From the NCBI GenBank assembly GCA_951406725.2, contig OX597826.1, forward strand, positions 29,202,001 through 29,266,000: 64,000 nucleotides of DNA, given 5' to 3'. Numbering within the stretch: position 1 is the stretch's first letter; each line of letters begins with the position of its first letter. The stretch comes from Octopus vulgaris. Lineage: Eukaryota. Made by a program: the position numbers and the translations under genes. Below, in pieces: positions 54,110-64,000 of the stretch. The notes under the pieces are model-generated. The model ran no database searches and had not been told where the DNA came from. It saw only the letters and a program-made list of their open reading frames with translations.

Positions 54110-57100
54110 AAAGAAAATCAGCCCTGTGCTCCTTATAGAGTAATGTGAATTAACGACACACACACATCCACATGTATAAATAGATGGCCAAATGCATACA
54201 CACACATATGCAAATAGCAAGAGAGAGAGAGAGTGAAGTGGGGAGATGAGGAGATTGATGTATCTATTTCTCACTGCTTGGGTCTGTGTTTGTGTGCCAG
54301 CACACTGAAATCAAAGAGAAGAAATGAGAAAAACAAATGATTCTCTCTCTCTCCCTCCCCCCTCTCTCTCTCTATTGTTCCACATTAGTTGGTATTGATT
54401 CATGTAAGTAGTACAAGTGATACCCAAGATTTTACTGAAAGAGAAACACAAAGCCAGAGACTGTGTGTGTGTGTGTGTGTGTGTGTGGAGAAGGGACTGG
54501 GTGTGGTGGTGGTGGTGGTGGTGGTGGTGGTGGTTGTCCTGACACTTTGCTCAGTCTTCACTCATTCTTACATAACTACCATTAGCTAGTGAGCTCAATA
54601 GGTAGATATTAGGTAGGTTGTTTGATGTTGCATCTTTAGTCTTCCACAGTCATACATACATGCTTGCTTGCTTCCTATCCACATGGTTCCAGGTTCAGTC
54701 CCACTGTGTGGACAAGTATATTCCACTCTAGCCTTGGGTCAATCAGAGCCTTCTGAGTGGATTTTGTAGGCAGAAACTGAAAGAAGCCTGTCATACATAT
54801 ATATATGTATGTATATTTATGTATGTGTGGCTTTGTGTCTATGTTATACCCTTGCCCACTATCAATTGACAACTGATGTTGGTGTGTTTATGTCCCTGTA
54901 ACTTAGCAGTTTGGCAAAGAAAACCAATAGAATAAGAACCAGGCTTACAAAGAATAAGTCCTGGGGTCGATTTCTTAGACTAAAACCCTTAATGGCAGTG
55001 CTCCAGTATGGCCACAATCAAATGACTGAAACAAGTAAAAGAATTAAGATATATACATATATCATCATCATCATCATCATCATTTAACATCTGCCTTCCA
55101 TGCTGGCATGGGTGGGACAGTTTGACAAGAGCCAGCCATGCAAGACTTCTGTAACTGTTTTGGCATGGCTTCCACATGCATACACACACATATATAGGCA
55201 TAAGTGGGAGTAGTTAAGGAGTAAAACAGGTGAAGTTTCCTTTTCGAGTCACAATGACTCATGAGGGCCAGTTTCCATGTTTCCATGTTCGATGTATTTC
55301 CCACCTGAATGGGATGCCAGTCCCTTGCAGGGTTACGCATTTTTGCCAGCCAAGTGGACTGGAGCAACGTGAAATGAAGTGTTTTTGCTCAAGAATACAA
55401 TGCAACTCTGTCCTGGAATTGAAACAACAATTTGAAGATCATGAATCCAACACCCAAACCACTAAGCCACGTGCCTCCATCAAAGTAGTTGGGAGGGGAT
55501 TAACATAATAGTGATGCAGTGCTATGACAGACACTGAAGGTATACATACAGACATGCGCACCGCATGGGTGTAGGTTCAGTTCCATTACTTGGTACCTTG
55601 GGCAAGTGCCTTCTACTACAGCCAGGAGCCAACCAAAGCCTTCTGACTGAATCCGGTTGATGAAAACTGAAAGAAGCCTGTTATATAAATATATATATGT
55701 ATATGCATATTTTGTGTGTGTATATATTGTCTTTTACTCTTTTACGTATTTCAGTCATTTGACTGCAGTCATGCTGGAGCACCACCTTTAGTTGAACAAA
55801 TCGACCCCAGGACTTATTCTATCAGGCTCTTTAGCCGAACCACTAAGTTTCAGGGACATAAACACACCAACATCAGTTGTCAAACGATGGTGGCAGGGAC
55901 AAACACAGACACAAAGATGCACTCATAAATATATATAAATACATGCATATATACACACACTGGTCTTCTTCCAGTTTCCGTCTACCAAATCCACTCACAA
56001 GGCTTTGGTCAGCCCTTGACTAGAGTAGAAGACACTTGCCCAAGGTGCCAAGCAGTGGGACTGAACCCAGAACCATGTGGTTAGGAAGCAAGCTTCTTAC
56101 CACACAGCCACACCTGCGCCTATACATACCTGTGTTTGTCTTTGTGTCTCTGTTTGTCCCCAATCACCACTTGAGGTGATTTGTTTATGTCCCCTGTAAC
56201 TTAGCAGTTTAGCAAAAGAGACCAATAGAATAAATACCAGGCTTGAAAAATAAGTACTGGGGTTGATTTGTTCCTCTGAAACCCTTCAGGGTAGTGCCCC
56301 AGCATGGCCGCATTCCAATGACTGAAACCAGGAAAAGATAAAAGATACTTGAACATCATAGGTCATCATATTATATATATATATGTGTGTGCAATGCAGC
56401 AAGTTGGCAGAATCATTAGCATGCTAGGCAAAATGCTCAGCGGTATTTTGTCTGTCTTTACATTCTGAGTTCAAATTCTGCCAAGGTCAGCTTTGCCATT
56501 CATCTTTTTGGGGTTGATAAATTAAGTACCAGTTGCGTACTGGAGTCGATTTAATTGACTGGCCCCCTTCCCCAAATTTCGGGCTTTGTGCCTAGAGTAA
56601 AAAAGACTATATATGCCCACGCACACACGCACACATTGTACATAGAGTAAAGATCATGGGAGTGAATAAGTGTGTGTGTATCAGGGAGAGGTAGAATCTA
56701 AAATTTTTAGACTGACCTTTGACCCTGTAGCATGTGACCTTCTCCACACTTATGTTCACACATTCCATAAAAACACATTCTTTGAAAGAGAAAGAGAGAG
56801 AGAGAGAGCCTTTTCTAGGGTCCATCACAGGTGTTATCAGTACAGTCAGAAATTGTGACAGAGTGTTAGAGGAGTGTAATGGGTGGGACACAGGTATCAG
56901 AGGGTAAAGGGAGTGGAATAGAGTTAGAGATAGGAACAGGATGTGGGATACAGTGTTTATTTCCTGCATAGAAACATAAAGTCATTCTGATTTGGTTGTG
57001 ATTGTGATAGATAATGTCAAGTCAGCTTTGGTCAAAGACATTCCCTTGCTGACCATCCACCCTGCTCTTTTGTATGTATCAGGGACTTCAATGCCCAATG

Positions 57101-57373
57101 TGTATTTTCTTTACACATTAATATTATTTAATTATTAAAATAAGACAGCAAACTGGCAGAATCATTAGCATGCTGAGCAAAATGCTTAGTGATATTTCAT
57201 CTTCCACTACATTCTGAGTTCAAATTCCACCGAGGTCGACTTTGCCTTTCATCCTTTCAGGGTTAATAAATTAAGTACCATTTGCATACGGGGGTTGATC
57301 AAATTGACTGCCCCCTACCCCAAAAAATGTTGGGCCTCGTACCTAGAGCAGAAAAGAATTATAAGCTATTTTA

Positions 57374-57580
57374 CGGCGGCGAGCTGGCAGAAATGTTTGC
57401 ATGCTGAGCAAAATACTTAGCGGTATTTCATCTGCCACTACATTCTGAGTTCAAATTCTACCAGGTTCGACTTTCATCATTTCAGGGTCAATAAATTAAG
57501 TACCAGCTGAGTACTGGGGTCAATGTGATCGACTGCCCCCTACCCCAAAAAATGCAAGCCTTGTGCCTATAGTAGAAAGG
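57374..57580 (+). mobile_element. tRNA-derived SINE, family B, with Nin/Deu-like core (representative)
   Basis: ggcggcgagctggcagaa...gagttcaaattc...ctttcatc.tttc.gggtc.ataaattaagtaccag. Copies also at ~1850-2237(-), 13450-13670(+), 19950-20530(+), 33965-34470(-), 45175-45600(+). Confidence 0.8.
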
Positions 57581-58298
57581 ATTACTTAATCATAAAAATA
57601 TAACGGTATTTTTTTTCAAACATCTAGTGGCTATAAGGGTCCATCCAAGTAAAATAGGTATCAAAAGGGTCCTTAAGGAAAATGGTTGAGAACCACTGGT
57701 TTAACGGTTTCTTCATTTTCTTGTGTCTTGGTGTTAAGAATGGCAATGCAGGTAGTAAACAGTGGGCAAGGTACACAGCGCCACCACCACCACCACACTG
57801 TACCCTGGAACTGACCATAACAATAGTAGTGGAGTGAGGTGGGTGTTGTGGTGTGGCACCCCTCCAACTGATAAACTCTCCTATCTGATTGGCTAAAGAC
57901 CAGACATCCTGCAAGTGTTTAAGGATTGGCCTGACAACAGGCCACATTTGTTCTCTCATATTTTATACTTTACTTGTTCTCCTGTCCACACCTCACCTTA
58001 CGGTATATATTTGTTTGTGTGTATGTATGCATGCATACACTCGCTGTGTATATCATATATACGCATGCACACACATACACACATGCGAATGTGTGTATGT
58101 GTGTGTGTATGCATATATGTGTGTCTACATGTATACATATGTGTGTGTATTTCTACCTGTATATCTCTCTTATTTCTCTATCTACCTGTCTCTCATTAAA
58201 AAACCTAACATTGTATTACTTTTGCTAACGACACAGTTCTCTGCACTAATTAAGATTTTATTGATAAATAATTGTTCTTTTTGTGTTTCTAATTCCAG

Positions 58299-58371
58299 CC
58301 ACCCACTAATTAAGCACTTGTTTAGCTTAAAAACCCAAAATCCAGATCTGGCTGACCTGCTTATTCATCAA
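58299..58371 (+). CDS. TRAP1: TRAP1 coding exon, 10th in window (probably penultimate), after a ~36.3 kb intron
   Basis: Acceptor tttctaattccAG, donor GTAAGT. 73 nt, phase 2 in (completes the ag|c Ser codon): HPLIKHLFSLKTQNPDLADLLIHQ, the expected continuation of LEINxxHPLIK. No final YENAMxxAGL-type exon was seen before 64000. Confidence 0.93.
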
Positions 58372-59080
58372 GTAAGTTCTAAACTTTGTATGTATCCATG
58401 TGCATGTGTGTATCAGCAATGTTTTATGCTGTTCATGTTGGCATGGGTTGGACAAATCTGTTCACCTAGACAAGTTAGGAAGGACTTCATCTTGCTTGCA
58501 TTTCATTTTGGCCAATTTTTTTTCTCCAGTCCTTCCTAACACCAACCACTTTAGAAAGTTGACTGGGTATACTGTCCAAGCCACCATTACTTCAGAGATC
58601 TCCAACCAACCACATGGTTCTGGGTTCAGTCCTACTGTGTGGCACTTTGGGCAAGTGTCTTCTACTACAGCCTCAGGCTGACCAAAGCCTTGTGAGTGTA
58701 TTTGGTAGACAGAAACTAAAAGAAGTCCATTGTATATATATATATATGTGTGTGTGTGTGTATGTTTGTGTGTTTGTGTGTCTTTTTGTCCCTCCACCAT
58801 CGCTTGACAACCTGTGTTGGTGTGCTTACATCCCCATAACTTAGCGGTTTGGCAAAAGTGCCCAATGGAATAGGTACTAGGCTTACAAATAATAAGTTGG
58901 GGGGGGTCGATTTGTTCAACTAAAGGCAGTGCTCCAGCATGGCCACAGTCAGATGACAAACAAATAAAAGAATGTAACATATAAGAATATATATATATAT
59001 ATACGTATAACAGTATAATTCTGTGCCCAAATCAAAGTCAGGCAAAGAATTGCATAAAGACATACAGACAAATCAAAAAG

Positions 59081-59166
59081 TCTTACAGCTGTTTCTGGGA
59101 GTGTGGAAAGAAGTGTTTAGGTATATCCTTGACGACTTCAGTAATCCACATTTCCTTCATCAGAGA
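59081..59166 (-). ncRNA. Hammerhead ribozyme-like motif (minimal type I, Penelope-associated type)
   Basis: tct-CTGATGA-aggaaatgtgga...tccacactccca-GAAAC-AGCT-GTA-aga: both core boxes, stem II, palindromic stem III (ACAGCTGT), GUA cleavage triplet and a short stem I. Confidence 0.6.
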
Positions 59167-59436
59167 ATATGCAAGGATTCAGAGTTTTAAATAAAATCAT
59201 AAAATTTTTCATTATATTGTAAGAATATGTTTCAGCTGTTGTAATTAGATACAAATGTCTTCGAACATTCCCAGAAACAACTGTAAGGCTCTTTCGTATT
59301 TATTGGATTCGTTTGAAGACTTTCCTTTTGGATTATTGTAAACTGTTATTTCATTAGCTTAAAGACCTTTTGATTTGTCCCTATGTATTTATGCAATTAC
59401 TTATCCAACTTTGATTTGGGCACGGAAATACATGGT

Positions 59437-59491
<55 letters not shown>

Positions 59492-59670
59492 GTTATATGT
59501 TTGCATAATTAAATTGGCATATATATATATATATATATACCCTCTGTGTTTAGATGGGTGTCAGCTTTGACAAGGAGTGTTATTGACCTTGAAATGTGTC
59601 GCTTTCTAATTAATACGTTAATCTAATCATTCAATAAATTGAGCTCTACTCTGTTGTTTCTTGAAAAGAG

Positions 59671-59721
<51 letters not shown>

Positions 59722-59743
59722 TGTGTGTATGTATATATGCATG

Positions 59744-59774
<31 letters not shown>

Positions 59775-60081
59775 TTGTTCCTTCCCAAGCCATGCCTGGC
59801 TCATAGGGCGGTTTCCTTGGCATATAGGTTCCCCACCTGGCCAGGACGCCGGTCCATCACAGATGAGCTGCAAGATACAGAAGGAAAGAGTGAGAGTAAG
59901 TTGTGGTGAAAGAGTTAGCAGAAGTTCACCATTACCTTCTGCCGGAGCCATGTGGAGCTTAGGTGTTTCTCTCATAAACACACACATCGCCCGGTCTGAG
60001 ATTTGAACCCGTGATCGAGAGATCGCGAGTCCGCTGCTCCAACCACTAGGCTATGTGCCTCCACATATATATATATATATT

Positions 60082-60144
<63 letters not shown>

Positions 60145-62090
60145 GTATGTATGTATCATCATCATCATCATTTAATGTCTACTTACCATGCTAGCATGGA
60201 TAGATCTTTTGTAATGCTTTTCATGTCACCAACCTTCACCTGTTGCCAATCAAGGTAATAATTCCCCATGCCCAGAAGATTGGAAATGAATGACACTGCT
60301 TGTATAACAGCGGCGCTCATTTACAACTGTCACTCAATGTCAAGACAAGGCGACACAAACATACACACTATTACACACATATATACATATCATATATGTG
60401 TATGATGGGATTCTTTCAGTTTCTATTTACCAATTCCATTCAAAGGTTTTAGTCAACCTTGGGCTGTAGTAGAAAACACTTGCCCATGCAGTGGGACTGA
60501 ATCCAGTACCATGTGATTGGGAAGTAAACTTCTAATTCACACAACCATGCCTGAATAATAGAGAGAGAGAGAGAAAGAGAGACACAGACAGACAGAGGAT
60601 GATGTAAAAAAAAAGAAACCATTGTAAGGTATGATGTTATTGGTTTTTGTAGTGGTCGTGGTGGCAGTGGAAACAGCAGTGATTCTGTTTGGTCAGAATG
60701 GTCAGGCAAAGTCTTGGATATTAAAAGAAGTGGCAGTATCTATCAGCTGATGATTCAGTAGAACCTTTTGAGATAATGGAGACAAACAGAAGGAATGAGC
60801 AAAAAGTGGCTGGCGGCAGTGGTGGTGGTGTCTGTGTGGTGGCAGGAGAGAGAGTTGGTGTGACATAGGTATAGTGATAGATGGAGAGAGGGTTAGTGAG
60901 AGATAGTGATAAGAGAGAGTGTTGGTGAGAGATGATGATGTAGATAGAGGGAAAGAGGGAGCGTTGGTGAGAGGGTGGGAGGTAACAGTGTAAGTGGAAT
61001 AAGGGGGAAGTTAGTGGGAGATGGCTGCGTGTGTAGAGGGGGAGGCACATTGGTGCAAGATGGCTGTACAGATGGACAAGTGGGATAGTCGGTGAAAAAA
61101 TGGTGGTTTAACCAGAGGAAAGGAAAGATTGGTCGGGGATGAAGGACAAACAAAAGCAATCAAATGGAAATCAAAACTAAAATAAAATAATTGCAGTAAT
61201 CAATCAAGAATATGTGCCAAGTTAGGCCACAATTTGGCTGTAGCTGCCAGCCAGCCACACTTCATTCCAGAAATGTCTTACAAACAACAACAACTGTGTG
61301 TTTATCGATGGAAGATTTAACCCTTTAGTATTTAAACAAGCCATATTCTGTCCAAATATTCTATATGTTTTATATTTAACTCAGTCAGTTCTGGCCTCAA
61401 AAAATAAACAATCACATCATTGAAATCTTGAAGCTACCAGATAATGCATCATCATCATCATCGTCATCATCATCATTTAACGTCTGCTTTCCATGCTAGC
61501 ATGGGTTGGACGATTTGACTGAGGTCTGGCGAACCAGATGGCTGCACCAGGCTCCAGTCTGATCTGGCTGAGTTTCTACAGATGGATGCCCTTCCTAACG
61601 CCAACCACTCCGAGAGTGTAGTGGGTGCTTTTACGTGCCACTGATACGAGGGCCAGTCAGGTGGTACTGGCAACGGCCATGCTCAAATGGTGCTTTTTAT
61701 GTGCCACCTGCACAGGAACCGGTCCAGCGGCACTGGCAACGACCTCACTCGAATGTTTTTTCACGTGCCACCAGCACAAGTGCCAGTAAGGTGAGGCAGG
61801 TAACGATCACTCTCGAATGGCGCTTTTTACATGCCACCAGCATGGAAGCCAGTTTGTTGCTCTGGCAACGATCACACTTGTATGGTACTCTTAGTGCTCC
61901 AAAACCTTACATTTGACCGAATAATTTGAATGTTAAAAGTGTTAGACCTCTGCTGACATTGTTGGATCAGATTAGGAGCCAGTTTGGGACAGGTTTTGGA
62001 CTATTTTGGAGCTTGGTAGCAAATAAGTTTCACTGAATGATCGCAGTTTCAACTTCAAGTGCCTGTGTATATGCATAACAGCTGCAAGAT

Positions 62091-63270
62091 ACATCACAAC
62101 TGCCTAAAAACATCACAACTGCCCAGAAACATCACAATAGCTCTTTAACATCACAACTGCCGCTGTATGTTACAGTTGTACATACACAGTACAACATTGC
62201 TAATATATATATATCTCAAGCTGCCCATAAATATCACAACTGCCCATGTACATGTTTCAGAATGTTTTATTCTATAGAAATCATTATCACATTTTACTTA
62301 GATGTTTGTACCACTTTCTACATGTCAATACCATTCTAAACCCTCGTACCTGTGCCACTTTATGCCCGCACGATTGTGTCACAATACTTTATTCGCACAC
62401 ATTGGTGCCATTTTATAACTGCAAGTTACTGCCACTACAAGTCCACATGTTATTACCGTTTTGTCCCGTTAACTTGTTGCTCTCACTCTGAACCCACATG
62501 TGATTATTTCTTTGCCCCCTCACCTTCATACCAATTTATACTCTATCCCCATTACCCCATGTATCAGTACAAATACTCCCATAACAATTGTAACACTTTA
62601 CTGACATGTTACTACCACTCTATACCCGCATGTTAGAACCACTTTCTACCCAAATATTTGTACCACCTCACCTACATGTTCATGCCACTTTACCTACATG
62701 TTGGTACAGTTTTACCTGCATGTGTGTACCACTTTACACATATGCTGGTACTAGTTCACCCATATTTCAGTGCCTCTTTCTCTATGTTTGAACATCTTTT
62801 GCCCACATGATGGTGCCAATTCACCAACATGTAGGTTTGTCCTTCGCTAATACATTGGTGTCTCTTCATTTACATGTTGGTTTTGCCTCACCTACCTGTT
62901 CACACCATTTTTCATCTACATGTTTGTACCACATGTCATTCACATGGTAATACCACATGTCAGTGCCAGTTTCTTTTTCTTCTATCAATACCAGTTCCAA
63001 TTGAGGAATGAGACATGTGAAAGATAAGAAAGGTACTTTGCTATAACGTCACATGACAGCATTCATAATTTCTGTCAGTTCTATCGCCATTTCACACTTG
63101 TTCCACATATTGGTGCCACATTGCACACATTTTGGTGCTACTTCACTTACATGTTGGTACCTGCTGCCATCCCTTTATCCTTACCATTTTTCTTCACCTA
63201 CATGTTTTTGTACCACATGCCACTCACGTACTGATACAACATGTCAGTACCACTTTTGCAAAAATTAAAA
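62091..63270. repeat. Degenerate tandem arrays (19-bp unit, then ~22-bp unit)
   Basis: ACATCACAACTGCC recurs about every 19 bp at 62091-62160, then CCACTTTACCTACATGTTGGTA-like units recur to ~63270. Confidence 0.7.
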
Positions 63271-63633
63271 ATCTAAAGTTTTTTTGTTTTTGTTTTTTTT
63301 TTCTACACCGATTCCAGTTCTAATGGAGGAATGAGACAGGTGACAGATAAGGAATATACTTTGCTGTAATATCACATGTTGACATTCGTAATCTCTCTCA
63401 GCTCTATAGTCATTCCACACTCTCCTCCCCCACTACCTCTTGCGATTCTATCAAATTCCTCTGTCTTCTCATTTAATTAGCAATGTAGCACACCTCTTCC
63501 TTCACCAGGTGCTGCTTTTTTCCGACTTTTTTTTTTTTGGAGTGGGAGTGGGTGGAGTTACCTATGACTTGCTATCTTTCTGCCAGCCAACCACACACAC
63601 ACACACACACACACAGGTGCACGCATGTCTCCT

Positions 63634-63756
63634 TTAATATGAATGTCTAAATCCATCAGCTGTAAAAGCTGGAAGCGAGAGATTTGGCAAACAGCTGGAT
63701 GATAAGCTGGTAATTTCCTCTCTAACTATTGTACTAGACACATCTGTAGCAACTGC
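63634..63756 (-). CDS. Candidate terminal coding exon of an unidentified antisense gene
   Basis: Minus-strand acceptor tgtgtttctctcccAG. Only phase 0 is open: AVATDVSSTIVREEITSLSSSCLPNLSLPAFTADGFRHSY then TAA. Non-repetitive island between (CA)n tracts. No homolog recognised. Confidence 0.5.
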   Translation of the reverse strand, partial: AVATDVSSTIVREEITSLSSSCLPNLSLPAFTADGFRHSY

Positions 63757-64000
63757 CTGGGAGAGAAACACATACAAACATATGTACACACACACACACA
63801 TGCATACATTCAAATACATGCATACACTCACACACACACAATCTCACACACTATGTGTGCCAGCATGGCTGTATGGTAAGAAGCTTGCTTCCCACTGACA
63901 TGGTTCTGGGTTCAGAACTACGGCATGGCACCTTGGGCAAATATCTTCTACTATAGCCTTGGGCTGACCAAAGCTGTACAAGTGGACTTGGTAGATGGAA

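Noticed and set aside
57889-58539. 216-aa ORF as a standalone gene
   Set aside because: Only 58299-58371 is coding (a TRAP1 exon); the rest is low-complexity intron read-through.

Overview
Eukaryotic, AT-rich, microsatellite- and SINE-saturated genomic DNA; the repeat families point to an octopus (coleoid cephalopod). The + strand carries ten consecutive coding exons (1193 nt) of TRAP1/HSP75 (mitochondrial HSP90), from 5416 to 58371, all with GT-AG introns and a continuous reading frame. The 5' exons and the final exon lie outside the window. One intron is about 36.3 kb (22016-58298), against 0.8-2.7 kb for the other eight complete introns. Several exon-like segments on the - strand sit inside TRAP1 introns (1-187, 34791-34942, 38062-38170, 42274-42363, 63634-63756), suggesting one or more nested antisense genes; one of them contains a pre-miRNA-like hairpin. 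Other notable structure: multiple hammerhead-ribozyme-like motifs in inverted (Penelope-type) repeats, nested reverse-complementary repeats bracketing two TRAP1 exons, long intronic hairpins, SINE-derived minisatellites (28 bp x ~52; 30 bp x 8), and remnants of Merlin-like, hAT, piggyBac-like, Tc1/mariner (DD41D), RTE and Hero-type elements. Almost all ORFs in the supplied track are microsatellite or SINE artefacts. Family names and homologies come from recognition only; no searches were run.
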